Below the pieces are notes generated by a model. That model saw nothing but the letters and a program-made list of their open reading frames with translations. It was not told where the DNA came from and did not search any database. A stretch of DNA of 64,000 bases from Saccostrea cucullata (Eukaryota), in NCBI RefSeq assembly GCF_032062105.1, contig NW_026925150.1, positions 64,655-128,654 of the forward strand. Reading direction: 5' to 3'. The translations under genes were made by a program, and so were the position numbers. Numbering within the stretch: the stretch's first letter is position 1; each line of letters starts with the position of its first letter. Shown here piece after piece: positions 46,131 to 58,018 of the stretch.

Positions 46131-48078
46131 CAAACCAGTAGAGCTACAATCTCGACAGAGACTTCTGGTTTTCTCTACATGCTAATTTATGCATTCTGAT
46201 TTTGATTATTTGAAACTGAACTTTAATGGTATCTTGAACACCATAGATGCCTGAATGTCAAAGTAAGCAATAACAACTTATTCTTCATGTATTTTACATT
46301 TGATGTCTCAAATCTTTGGATATTTCATAACAAAGGTTTTCTCTCAATCCCATAAAATTTGAGATAACTAGTTTTTAAATCTTAATTTACATTGAATTAC
46401 CAAATTAATAGTGAGTATAGCGAAGCACTGCACTAACTTTAAGAGAGAGGAAACAATAAAGAGTGCAGCTATGGTTTTAAAAAGGTCTCTTACAGTACTT
46501 GGCTGTCACACGTTTTTCTATCATTGATAGCAAACTAGTAAAGTTCATTTGACTCTTAAAGAGATATAAGGCTTTCCAAATATTGACAAGGATGCTTACA
46601 AAATGAAGCTGAACACCACAGTTGCAACCATTATTGAAATACCACCACTATTGATATAATTATTTCAAAAGTGGTTGAGGGTGCATTTCAATAACAAACA
46701 TAGGTTGCAATGACTATTGAAATAAAGATTCCAATAATGGTTGAGATTTCATTTCAATAACAAACATGTTTTATATTTTCTCCTATTCCTTATTTACATG
46801 TACATGACTTTATGTATAAGATTTGGTCTATTTGGATTCAGGCTTCTGTGTAATAAAATAAAAGCATTGTCTTTAATAAGAAAATCTTCACTGTTTAAAA
46901 CTTTGGTAACAAGATGAGTTTGTAAAACACTGATACCCTCGTATAGCAGCTTGCTATGGAGAGGGTTGAATTCTCTCAAATGTATGACAAACACCAAAGG
47001 TCAAGGTTAAAAGGTCAGAAATGTTGGTAACCAAAGGTAGGTCTTGTTTCATGGAATACACCGGTCCTGACTGTGTAATAATTCATACGAAACAGAAAAA
47101 TAAGCCACTCAAAAACTTCAATGATCTTTAATAAATTGATAAATTAATTATGATCAACAAGGAAAGAAATCCATCAAAGAGTGTACGTTATATACAGATA
47201 AAATAATTTTATCCAAAACAGTTCTGAGAGTATTAAATAAAATTACATGTACATAAAATTACATGTAATGTATATATAGTAAACCATCAAGCACTGGGCA
47301 GAATATGTAGATGATGTATCACAGTATCATTTTATAAGGCGGACAAATTAGAAAATAGACATGTCATATATGTGTTCATAAGTATATGAAGTAGGAAATT
47401 AAGAATGTGAAAGACAAAAGTTATTCAAAATAAAACAAATACAGATATAAAATTATTTTGCTATATAAAGGGCATAAACAATTAATTAAGGTACAATTTA
47501 TCACAGTTTTAAACAAATTTCTTTTAAAAATTATTGTGGAGGACACAGACTGAGGTTCATAATGGAAAGAAAAGTCTTTGTGTGTTTGATGTATACATTG
47601 TACAATCATGTAGACATTGAGCATATGAAACCTTAAACATAACACCAAGTATTTAAAGAACATTGCATATAAAATGGAAAATTTAGAAAGGTAATTGTGA
47701 TGCATATTCTCCTTAAAAAATATATCAACTTTTCATATACATAAGTTAATGTATTTTCAAATGAAGGAAAAAAATTACCCTTTTGTAGAAGAATTTTTCA
47801 GGTTATTGTACAGCAATTAATAATTGAAAAGGTAAAGAAGAAAATCTAACACACTACAAAATAGCTACTCATTGATTTGTGTACATAATGTATGCTACAA
47901 TGGCTAACAAACTTCTCTTGTCATATGGTAAAATTGCACAAATGATTTGCATACAATGTATTTGTAATGAATTGTCACTTCAATCATAATGCAAAACAGA
48001 GCATTTCGAATCTGAGTTAAGTCCACTCCCTAGGAACCTAGATGAGTCAGATCCTCTCCTTTGAATCCCATACATAGC

Positions 48079-48186
48079 CTAGTTATTTTTACCCACAATT
48101 CCATTGGCTGTGTTGAAGAGGTTGATAGGACTGTTACCGTCAGTGATCAAAACACTCTCCATTCCAAGAGCTTTCAACAGATTTAC
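48079..48186 (-). CDS. MVP: Major vault protein, terminal coding exon (stop TAG at 48079-48081)
   Basis: '[35 protein letters not shown]' matches human '[32 protein letters not shown]'. Acceptor taatacag|. Confidence 0.85.
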   Translation of the reverse strand, partial: VNLLKALGMESVLITDGNSPINLFNTANGIVGKNN

Positions 48187-48551
48187 CTGTATTAAAAATA
48201 AAAGGAAATTGTCAAAATGGGATATCATATTCAACGTATAATACAGCTGCTGAACTTTGCCAACTCTCAAATTCCAAATACCACGGATATGTCAAAGTGA
48301 TTTGAAAGTCTGTATCATTTTTTCAAAAATTGAAGTATTTTACCCCAAATATCTAAAATCCTTGAATCATTTTTTTTTCTCTTGATCTAATAAAATTTGC
48401 ACGGGGTAACAAGAACATTAATTTTAAATTTATTTATATAATGAGTTTCCATAAGTACATGTATTTACATTAATTTTGTATCTTCATGTAATAACGTTGC
48501 ATAAATTCATGTATTTGAATACAAGTTGGGATATGAAAAACCTCTCCATAC

Positions 48552-48614
48552 CTGATAAGCTTTGGATTGCAATCGCAATGGCCATTTTAGCATGAATCGA
48601 CATGTACTTCGATC
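48552..48614 (-). CDS. MVP: MVP candidate exon (63 nt, phase-neutral) in the divergent cap-helix/tail region. Protein similarity is weak, so it may be absent from the main transcript.
   Basis: Acceptor cttgag|, donor CAG|GTATGG. 'DRSTCRFMLKWPLRLQSKAYQ' ends in Q before V of the last exon, as human has ...EMQ|VKLL. Confidence 0.3.
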
Positions 48615-48948
48615 CTCAAGAAAATGTGTAGAAAATGATAAGAACAAAATAACCGCAGTGTTGTAAAAAAGAAAACACAGCACTGCTATTTTTACAGACT
48701 TAGCATATTACAATAATAATGCCTTTCTCTCTCTTGATCTATTCATTCATAACCCTTTACATTTGATTCCTTGCCTGAAAAATGTGAAGTCCTCAACAAA
48801 ATGAAGAAGAAAAAAAAAAATGATGTGAAAATAACTGTGTTGTACACCAGGTGATAAAACAAATTATAAATGTTAACTACACAGTTTCTAAAGTATTAAT
48901 TACAAAACTCAATATTGGCCATTTTTTTTCTTTGTGGACCTAACTCAC

Positions 48949-49013
48949 AGATTCCTGAGCAGCTAGCTGTGCATTGTGTTCAATTTCTGCTGCCTCTGCT
49001 CTCAATCTGGCAG
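48949..49013 (-). CDS. MVP: MVP exon (cap-helix region)
   Basis: Acceptor tttccag|, donor TCT|GTGAGT. 'AARLRAEAAEIEHNAQLAAQES' is coiled-coil-like and follows exon 21 in phase. Confidence 0.65.
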
Positions 49014-49872
49014 CTGGAAATGGAAAATAAAAAAAAGGGAATTTATTCATGTAAACAGATGCCGTTTTCAAAATATGATTTTTGTAGAAATTTTAAGCCT
49101 TAACAGCAACATCTTTTGGGTTCCCTTTTCCATGTTTTAAAATCAGTTGTGCTTAAGGGTGGTTTTATGCCCATGTTCCAAGGTCAACCTACATGGTAAC
49201 TGATATCACTCACCTCTCCTCTTCCAACTTAATAGTAACAAACCTCACACTTAGGGATCATTTCCATCTGAGGCTAAATGTACAATTTTTAAACAAGACA
49301 CACTTGTCAATCTCACCCTCTTTTGTCAATGATGATCCTCTCATACTATTTCATTTGGTAAGCAGCGGGTTAGCTGGCGGGGTGCATTGTGTAGATCACT
49401 ATATTTCTGACACCTTATTTTTCGCTCTCATTGATCTGATTAGCAAGACAAAATTTTCACAAATTGTGGTGATTGCTTTATATAATCTAAAGGAATGCTT
49501 TTATACGCGAGAATTAAATTTTCCGAGCACACTGTCTCGCATAATTGCATGAAAATAAAGTTTTTGCGAATAAAAAGTGATTTACAGTATTTTGGCTTCT
49601 GAATCGCTATAATAGTCAGTACTCTTATTAGTGTTCATACTGTATTCAAAGAGCTGAAGTAATGTCTGCTAAAATAAATAATGTCAAAATCATTGGCATA
49701 CATTTGAGCAGACAAAAGGCCAAATTTTACACCCGCCAAGAAAACCCTAAAAGGTAACTTTTGTCAATCACCTAGTTAGCCTGTGCATGGATATGACATG
49801 TAGCAATCTCTCAAAGTTTACCGTTACCATCTGCGGTTTAGACTTCTGGAGCCAGTTTTAAATGCTACTCAC

Positions 49873-50099
49873 CTTCAATCTCGCTCTCACACTCAATGAT
49901 GATCCTCTCGGCCTGAGCCTGGGCCTCTGCCTTGGCCTGCCCTGTAGACTCGACGGCAGCAGTGATAGCCTGGAGCTCCAGCAGTTTGGTTCTCTCCTTC
50001 TCAGCCTCTTTCTCGTTGTACAGTTTTTGTCGTTCTAATTCCCCCCGCGCTATCTGTTCATTCCTAGCTGCCTCATGTGATGCTGCTGCCTCAATGGAG
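49873..50099 (-). CDS. MVP: MVP exon 21 (cap-helix coiled coil)
   Basis: '[67 protein letters not shown]' matches human '[69 protein letters not shown]'. Donor G|GTGAGT. Confidence 0.9.
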
Positions 50100-50367
50100 C
50101 TAAAAAAGCGTAAATTTTTTATTTGTTGAGAGTCACTTTTATAATTTTCTTTGAATTTATTGTAATTTTTTTGTATATGAATTTCATAAGAGTTATCTCC
50201 CTTAAAATGTGTTTTTTAGTACATTTTTCATTTCCATGAGAAAATTTGAAAATATACTTATTCAAATACATAATGCAAGCTTGATGAAAAGTGGACATTA
50301 AATGGATTTTCTTTTAGAAATAAATTTCTATAAAGATTTTGGATTAATTAATGTGTCTGGGTCTTAC

Positions 50368-50468
50368 TTAGTGGAGATCTCTATGGCCAGTTGTACAGAT
50401 TTACTGAGGCTGTCTCTCATCTTTACGTCTACTGGTTCTATACTCTGGATGTCCATGCTGCTTAGTAC
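50368..50468 (-). CDS. MVP: MVP exon 20
   Basis: '[34 protein letters not shown]' matches human '[34 protein letters not shown]'. Confidence 0.9.
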
Positions 50469-51053
50469 CTAAAATGGATATAGGCATACAGTGTATTCCA
50501 ACAAAAATGGGAATACAATGTTTTCCAATTGCTGGATATACATTGCCGTATTTACACTGTGTGAATGTAATTGAAAATATCATTGTCAACATATACAATC
50601 ATGCAAATCATTTTACATTTATCTCAATTGCAGTTTGATTTTCTTAATGCAGGGTCTTTAAAAGAGAAATTCTGTCTACCAAAGAAAAGTAGCAATTTTA
50701 AGGGGTTAATTAATGTCATTCATAAAATTAGTGATTTAGATACATAACACTTCACTGTGAAGTAGCATAAATAAAAACAAAAGATGAAACAATACACCTG
50801 TAGACTTTTATTCATGTGCGAAAAATATTCATGAGTTTTGTGACTTATTTTCAGTTGGGATATACATTGCCGTATCACTGTGTGAACCATTTATTTTGCT
50901 TTGCTTTTGTAGAAAATGTTTCTTTATTTGCGAAAATTAATCATTGCCTATTAATTTCAAACTGATGAATCGCTAATAATAGTTGGTTTACAGTATCTAA
51001 ATAATGATTTATAAATAAATTTCCAGACATATTTTATCAAATTTGACACCTAC

Positions 51054-51196
51054 CAGGTTATTTTCAGGGAACCTGACTTCATTATTCATCTGACCTTTGG
51101 CATTTAGACCAAACACTGCTGTGGTGAGTACTTGGTTGGAATGTCGATGGAAGTCATCAAACGTGACCTGAGCCACAGCAGCTCTGATACGAGCAC
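51054..51196 (-). CDS. MVP: MVP exon 19 (shoulder domain)
   Basis: 'ARIRAAVAQVTFDDFHRHSNQVLTTAVFGLNAKGQ...RFPENNL' matches human '[33 protein letters not shown]...VFPQNGL'. Confidence 0.9.
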
Positions 51197-51516
51197 CTGT
51201 AAATTAATTAAAATAAAATCTAATTTTGTAATTTGATCGATTGAATGTTTTATCAATAACAATCAAAAAGACTTCTACTTTTTTCAGACTGACTGGATTT
51301 TCAAGATGCAACAACTCTTATTTAAATGGAAATACCAGGCCTGAAAATATTTTTATGGAGAACAATAGTCTTTTTAGGTAGATGTATCAGGTGATAATTT
51401 TTTCACTCTCTTACATGTAGGTCTCTTTGTTCACCAATATTTGAGGTGTAATAAGGTGTAATAAATAGATGTCCAGAAATTTTTTTTTTTTTTAACATCA
51501 AATTACCCAATCTTAC

Positions 51517-51598
51517 CCATTTGTTTAGAAGCAAATCCAATGAAGTCTGGCACAGCAAACAATTTACATTTCTCTTCTTCTGGACCATCAAGGTCATA
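51517..51598 (-). CDS. MVP: MVP exon 18
   Basis: 'YDLDGPEEEKCKLFAVPDFIGFASKQM' matches human '[27 protein letters not shown]'. Confidence 0.85.
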
Positions 51599-51733
51599 CT
51601 GAAAAAAAAGACAAATTATATATTAAAAATATTAAAGCGTCTTCTTCCAATAAAAAAAAAAACCAACTTATTCATAAAATGCTCTCTTTTGCCTATATAT
51701 ATATAGATATGTATATATACACTTCATGTTTAC

Positions 51734-51793
51734 CTCAAAATGATTGTTAAACGCCACTTGGATTCTTAAACGAGCATGGTCTGATGTTTCCAC
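51734..51793 (-). CDS. MVP: MVP exon 17
   Basis: 'VETSDHARLRIQVAFNNHFE' matches human '[20 protein letters not shown]'. Confidence 0.9.
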
Positions 51794-52082
51794 CTAAAGT
51801 ATTTATTAGGAATTATAAAGCCTTGTGTAATGCAGGGGAAAAAATAAATCAAATAAATAATTTTCATAAAATTGTAAAATTGAAATATCCTTTTGAGATT
51901 TAAAGAGTTTTCAATACATTGCAAATAAATATTTTTTCATTTTTTTATGCTTTGATATACATGTACATGTAATGGGATACATTATTGTTAAACATAGCAC
52001 ATACAAACTGTGTGTAAAATTTTAAATGTTCAAGTCTAAACTTTAAATTTATGTATATATGTATATAATTATACGAATCTAC

Positions 52083-52162
52083 CTCTAATATGTCTGTTAT
52101 AAAATCTGGCCCCAACATAAGGCACAGAGACTTTAATGAATTGGACTTCTTTGGTTTTCCAG
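52083..52162 (-). CDS. MVP: MVP exon 16
   Basis: 'AGKPKKSNSLKSLCLMLGPDFITDILE' matches human '[29 protein letters not shown]'. Confidence 0.9.
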
Positions 52163-52478
52163 CTAAAATAAAAGCATATTGATCAATTTTCATTTTTCTA
52201 GGTCTTATTTTGTTTTTTAAATACTGTTGACGTACTATTTTTCACGGGGTCATAATTCCAAGGAATCTCAATTTCTCTTGAATCAGCGGGTAGAAAATTA
52301 TGCAAATTTCTTAGCCCCTCACTCTATTCCTTACAAGTATTTTGAATATGATGGGACAAATTTCCAAGGATAATTTGTGACCACATACATAGTGTAAATT
52401 AATACCAAGTGGAAAAAGTACTTCTACAGTAAGTTTAAATTGACAAAAAAAAATCAACATGAACTGGAGATTGCTTAC

Positions 52479-52632
52479 CACTGAGGCTTAGAACATTGAA
52501 ATTCTCGTGTGGTCCCAGAATGACTAGATCTGGACCAAACACCACTCTGGCCGTCCTCTCCAGGTAATTATACACCTGAACAGCTGTGTTACCAGGGCAA
52601 CGGTAGGTCACCACCCTCGTCTTGTTTCTGCC
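52479..52632 (-). CDS. MVP: MVP exon 15
   Basis: '[51 protein letters not shown]' matches human '[52 protein letters not shown]'. Confidence 0.9.
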
Positions 52633-52840
52633 CTGAAAAATGATCAGATTTTTCTAAAATTCTTAACAAAGAAAAATAATAAATAGATAAAATTTTCAAA
52701 TTTAATTTTTAATCCCATGGTAACAGTTAATAACAATTAGCATTTAATCTAAAATAAAACTTCATGATTGAACTTACGAGCACAAAAAAAATTCAGTGGT
52801 AATTGTATTAAAAATTGTTGTAAAATGTGGTAATATTTAC

Positions 52841-52919
52841 CGCTAATACGTGGGGGTCAATGGACTGTTCAAAATAAGCCATCTTTCTTATATCTCCTGT
52901 ACCTAGCCCTCCTCCTTGT
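52841..52919 (-). CDS. MVP: MVP exon 14 (variable linker)
   Basis: Acceptor catgcag|, donor GCG|GTAAAT. Phase-consistent. It supplies the ~26 aa that sit between 'EELLNK' and 'RNKTRVV'. Confidence 0.7.
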
Positions 52920-53204
52920 CTGCATGTGGAGTGAAATAGATAATTATTAAGTAAAAGACTAAATATTATCTCATCATGTTATCATTTGCATTAAAGTCAT
53001 TCAATATATCAGGTTTCAATGTAAAAGCTTGTTATCCTGGTCCTGAGCTATTGAGACATGATACTGCATATAAAGTAGAATTTTTAGCAAGAACTCAATT
53101 TTCAATTTGCATAATTATAGAGGGTGCAGAGATCAGTAAAATTGAATATCGCTAACAGTTAACTGTGTAATATTGAAGAAGACAGGTAAATTAGGTTAAC
53201 CTAC

Positions 53205-53299
53205 TTGAGTAATTCTTCTGTAACTGCGGGTAGGTCTTTCTCCCACAGCTCCTCAAATGCTGTCAACATATAGGACTTAGGACCCATTTCTGCCCTCAC
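53205..53299 (-). CDS. MVP: MVP exon 13
   Basis: 'VRAEMGPKSYMLTAFEELWEKDLPAVTEELL' matches human '[30 protein letters not shown]'. Confidence 0.9.
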
Positions 53300-53384
53300 C
53301 TGTTTAAAATAAATAGGACTTCATTTGTGATTTGGTTTACTATACATATGTATATACATGTAAATTTCTGTTTAATATTTTTAC

Positions 53385-53445
53385 CTTTCCTGTCTGCAAG
53401 TCTTTGATATATATCCCTTCATTTTTGCTCAAAGGAATCTTGGTT
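53385..53445 (-). CDS. MVP: MVP exon 12
   Basis: 'TKIPLSKNEGIYIKDLQTGK' matches human '[20 protein letters not shown]'. Confidence 0.9.
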
Positions 53446-53803
53446 CTACAAAATAAAATGAAAAATGGAGATTTATTACAAGATTCTATTAGAGCCACAG
53501 CTGCATCTGTTTTTTTTTTTAGTTCTTTTGTATTCTTTGACAAAGAAAGTTGAAAGAAATGTTAGAGAAATTCATTATTGCTGGGGGGGGGGGGGGGGTA
53601 TGCTTTATGCTTGTACATGATCAAAATAAACACACATACATCAATCTTTTTAACTGAAATTAGAGACAGTTGAATGTTACAAGTTCTAGAAAAAATTTTT
53701 AAAAATGCTTTTTAAGTAATGTTTTAAGTTATATAGTCATCAGAGCAAAATGACCACTGTCTATATTCAGTACTAGATGACAGTAGCATATATTGTTTTT
53801 TAC

Positions 53804-53891
53804 CTTGTTTTGACGACCTTGACCTCTATCGGGGGTATGTACTCCAGGGGTCCTCTCAACATCCATACATCTCCTGGACTCCTCTTCTTAC
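53804..53891 (-). CDS. MVP: MVP exon 11
   Basis: '[29 protein letters not shown]' matches human '[27 protein letters not shown]'. Confidence 0.85.
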
Positions 53892-54393
53892 CTACAGTGT
53901 ATAAAACATAGAATAGGTTAATTTTGAGATTTGACCCTTCTTTTGGTAATTTGCAGCATTACATTGGACTATACAAAATCTGTCTCGACTCCACATTTCT
54001 ATGGTATTTGAGACAATGATGTTAAAGATACAAGTTCAACTAAACCTTGTTGAACTTAAAGGCAACTTCTGAAATACAGCATATTGTAAAATCACATACT
54101 TTTATGGGGTCAAATTTTCGTGGTTTCAGGAAAATCTATTAGTTCTTGGGGATTTAATTTCGTGGACCATGAATTAATGAGCATTTATGTAGGTAACATT
54201 TTACATTTCATTGTGGTCATGAATTCGTGGGTCTCGTCATACCTTGAAAAAAAAAACAAAAATTGAACCCTCATGAAAATGTGATTTCACAGTATATGCA
54301 CATGCAGTATTGTTTGCTCCACTGGAAAATAACTCCCCAAACCAGTTTATTTATTTTGTATTTGATGAGATGATTATACACTAGCTGTCTCAC

Positions 54394-54495
54394 CTTTGAA
54401 CATGGTGTCTCTGTATTCTTCCTCTGCTTGTAAAACAATGGCGTCGTCTTCTCCCAGAATGTGGACATTTTGTACTCCTTTCTCTAAGCTCTCCC
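54394..54495 (-). CDS. MVP: MVP exon 10
   Basis: 'GESLEKGVQNVHILGEDDAIVLQAEEEYRDTMFK' matches human '[37 protein letters not shown]'. Confidence 0.85.
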
Positions 54496-55115
54496 CTACA
54501 CAAAACAAAAGTTTTCTCTCTAGTCTTTGTTACTTGGAAACATTATACATCAATTTTATTTCCAAAGATAAAAAATAAATATAAAAAATATCAATATTAT
54601 TTTATATATATATATAGAAACATGTTACATGCTGGAATATAAAAAAACTATTTTTAAATGTAATATACATTAATTTTATTTTGAAAATTTGTCTTAAGGT
54701 AAAAAAAAAAAACTGCATGCCCAATTTTTTTTTAAATTTTGCATAACTTAAAATTAATTATGATAGAGAAAAGCTATAGGACTCAATTATTCATCTCCCT
54801 TTCTTGTACAGGGACGTTTATAACTCTTAAAAAAAAATCAATTTTATATGTAGAAATGTTGTTTTGTATGCTTTTTTTTGTAATTGTGTGCTGATGAATA
54901 TAAAAATCGATCATTTCAATTTCAAATTGGTTTAAGGGAACTCAACCTATTGTGTACTTGCACTTTAAATGCAAGAACTTCATTTTAATTATTTTGAAAT
55001 TTTGTCTAAGGAAAAAATTCAGAAACCTGCATGCCCAATTTTTTTTTTTTAAATTTTGCATAACTTAAAATTAATTATGATAGAGAAAAGCTATAGGACT
55101 CAATTATTCATCTCC

Positions 55116-55181
55116 CTTTCTTACCTGGGTGGAGGAAGAAGCTACAGGGCCCCACCCTCAGTTCCCGTTTATAACTCTTAC
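55116..55181 (-). repeat. Tandem duplicate of the last ~45 nt of MVP exon 9 plus its GTAAGA donor (an intronic pseudo-exon end). A further degenerate copy lies at ~54790-54830, inside a ~320-bp local tandem duplication.
   Basis: On the minus strand '...CGGGAACTGAGGGTGGGGCCCTGTAGCTTCTTCCTCCACCCAGgtaaga' occurs twice, at 55182-55236 and 55120-55176. The 54655-54812 segment matches 54975-55130 apart from an internal deletion. Confidence 0.85.
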
Positions 55182-55323
55182 CTGGGTGGAGGAAGAAGCT
55201 ACAGGGCCCCACCCTCAGTTCCCGTTTTCCCAACTGTGGCTTCCCTTTCTTGTCTACCACATCTTTAATGACACAGTACTGTCCCTTCCACAAAACCTTG
55301 ATGGTCTCCGCTGATGTCACTTC
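55182..55323 (-). CDS. MVP: MVP exon 9. Its 3' end plus donor are tandemly duplicated immediately downstream in the intron (55116..55181).
   Basis: 'EVTSAETIKVLWKGQYCVIKDVVDKKGKPQLGKRELRVGPCSFFLHP' matches human '[45 protein letters not shown]'. Confidence 0.85.
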
Positions 55324-55665
55324 CTGTTTGAAGAAAAAAAAATTATACACATGGTGCCTGGATGAATTTAGAACTTCCTGCTGAACAAAATTTAAAATAT
55401 ATTCTCTCACAGGTTTATTTTTGCCTTAGGTTTATAATTTTCAATCTACAACCCTTGCTAGTTGAATATCCTCTCCTTTCAAAGAATTTACATTGGCAAA
55501 ATTTTTCCTGTATACAGCATATAAATTAATGTACAATATGTAGCTTTACGACTTATTTTTTTTTCACAGGATAATAATCTTTCTTTGTACCAGCATCTGC
55601 GTGCAGCACTGATTTAATGCTCACAAACTTCCTTAATTAAAAAACCCCATCAAGATTCTGCTTAC

Positions 55666-55732
55666 CACACCAATTTCTGGATAATAGTGATCAGTCTCAG
55701 CTCCCGTCAACAGCCACTGCTCTCCAGCCATT
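55666..55732 (-). CDS. MVP: MVP exon 8
   Basis: 'MAGEQWLLTGAETDHYYPEIGV' matches human '[24 protein letters not shown]'. Confidence 0.85.
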
Positions 55733-56237
55733 CTAATAAATTTATAATAAGTCTAGTTAGTAACTCAATTAATTAATTCAATCTTTACTGCTGTCCAGCT
55801 TTAAATTTGTTCAAACAAAAGAAAAACCAGCACCTTTCGAAACTTTCTTTTACAGCGCATCATGTTTATTCATCATTTTTTTATGACAAACTTTACTTCT
55901 GAATAAATTCTGCACTCAATATAAACAGAGTCCTCAACAGAAAAAATTACTAGTGATGAATGGATGTTAAAGGGACAAATCCCAAATAAATGTTATATCA
56001 AATAAATGTTGTAAGTTCTACTATTGGAAAAAGGTATAAATATAATGAACAGATCTAGTTCATCTAAAAGAATCCATAAACAATATAAACAATTATATGA
56101 GGAGGGCGAAAACAAACATTTCTGGAAATTCCAGAGGTGGGATCAGGTGCCTTGGAGGAGTCAGCTTCCCCCTTTTCACCGGACCCACTTGCCTTCTATA
56201 AAAATTTCCTTAAATCGTGACTGTCACTATCAAAGTA

Positions 56238-56453
56238 CATGAATACTGTAAACCAACTTTTATTTGCGACGACTTTATTTCACGATTTACCAGGGGTGAC
56301 TAAGCGACGATTATAATTTTTGCGATCAAGCCAAATTTGGAACTGTTATTAATGGACACAGAGACTTTAAAGAATGGTTCATGGCGAGAAATATTCGCGA
56401 TGAGTGAACTTTGCGAAAATATCTTGCACAAGAATAAAAGTTAGTTTACAGTA
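56238..56453. mobile_element. Tc1/mariner-type MITE (TIR 'CTGTAAACCAAC', TA target-site duplication), copy A. It sits directly against the MVP exon 7 donor.
   Basis: 'ta ctgtaaaccaacttttatttgcgacg...aaaagttagtttacag ta'. Copy B at 58019..58236 has the same TIRs and TA flanks. Confidence 0.7.
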
Positions 56454-56456
56454 TAC

Positions 56457-56551
56457 CTTTGGATTCCCTGACTGTCCACCATGGTTTGTAAGGCCTGTAG
56501 GAAAATCCCGTTGTTTGGAGTCAGAGTGATACATTGTAGAACGGAAACTAT
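56457..56551 (-). CDS. MVP: MVP exon 7. Its donor lies inside or adjacent to the terminus of a TA-flanked MITE.
   Basis: The frame was chosen by phase consistency with exons 6 and 8. 'IVSVLQCITLTPNNGIFLQALQTMVDSQGIQ' matches human '[30 protein letters not shown]'. Confidence 0.75.
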
Positions 56552-57419
56552 CTGTGAAATAAATGTAAGATGTCAATTAATATACTCAACGTACATTGTC
56601 AATATACTAATACAATGTCAGTGCATGCTGTGTACAACTCAATGGACATGTACTGTGTCAATTTACAATATCACTATAATAATTACACAAATCAATGTAC
56701 AGTGTCAATATACAATATCAAAATGTACTTTATACAACCCAGTGTTATGCACATTGTCCCTAAGACTCAGGGGTCATGGAACTTTTCTTTCTATGCTTCA
56801 CACCAGTATTTTTATCATGAAGCGCTAATGCGCTCCATAAAATATGCCGGCATTACATGTAAGCGTCGTAGTTCATGTCCCCATGAACTGTCAAAAATTA
56901 AATTCATTTCTTAAATGTATGCTCATTTGTGCATGCAATAAAATGTACTACATGCAGCAATTACATCTGCATTCAAAATGTAAACAAAACAGGAAGGATG
57001 CCAAGAGTTATATTAAAATAAATAGAGAACCACTAAGGTATACAGTCATTTCTATTTTTGGACTTTTTCAAGAGGAAGAAAGGAGGAAACTGTATTAACA
57101 TGTATGTCCTGGTATTAAATCCAGACTTTTTTTCATATTTGAACAACTGCTAAATCAGTAAATCTCATTATCAAAATAGCTAAAAAGAATTTCAGAAAAA
57201 ATAATGATATGAAAAATTATGTGCCCTGAATTATGTGAATGCATGATGTACAATCAGCGTTGTGGGGGTCTGGGGTACCAATGTTGCTGGATTTCCCATA
57301 TTATGTCCCTATAAAACCAACAAAATTTTGCATGCCCATTGAACATTGACCACCCACAAATCAAAGTGATTCCAGAGTATTAAGGTGGAAATGATAAATT
57401 GTGTGGATAGAAGTCTGAC

Positions 57420-57489
57420 CTCTTCGTAAACATCAGGGAGGTACGCTCCTGGCTTGTTGATCATCCATTCCTCTCCAGTGACTCGTTTC
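57420..57489 (-). CDS. MVP: MVP exon 6
   Basis: 'KRVTGEEWMINKPGAYLPDVYEE' matches human '[23 protein letters not shown]'. Donor GAG|GTCAGA. Confidence 0.8.
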
Positions 57490-58018
57490 CTTTCCAAATA
57501 AAGTACACAAAATATACATACTTACTATTTAAACTGGAAGATAAAAGCTAGGAAGGACATGTATTTCTACATTTTATCTGCAAGATTTATAATAGTCTTT
57601 CATTTATTCAAGTGCTTGCACTTAAAAATATGATAGTTTTTCAATAATTCAATTTCATTAATTTAAGATTAAATGATTGCATAAAATAAATATGATTCAT
57701 TCTCCATATCCACTAGACTAAGTTAAAAAAAAGAAATTTATTTGCTGTCCATTTTATTGTTTATTTTTCCAATATCTTCCCCACCCCCATTCTTATACTC
57801 CCAACTTTCTAAATGGTGTAATACCGGCAAAACCCCTAGGTTATGAACATGATGCACTTTCAAATGAAGATTGAAGTGATTTTAATAACACAGAAGAATA
57901 AACAAAATATACAAATTAATGCAAACACAAAAAGAAACTGTATAGAAAAAAGCAATTTTTACTAAACTGCATGCGCTGTATTTTCTAAAACATTTTAGCA
58001 TAGCTGACTTATATTGCA

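Noticed and set aside
49932-50129. ORF 49932..50129(+) (TTG start; Ser/Ala-rich)
   Set aside because: It is antisense to MVP exon 21. The coiled-coil codon bias keeps the opposite strand open. It has no ATG.
56481-56914. ORFs 56481..56828(+) and 56570..56914(+) (Cys/Thr/Ile-rich)
   Set aside because: They overlap MVP exon 7 in antisense and an intronic cryptic repeat ('caatgtacagtgtcaatatacaatatca'). They have no homology and a low-complexity composition.
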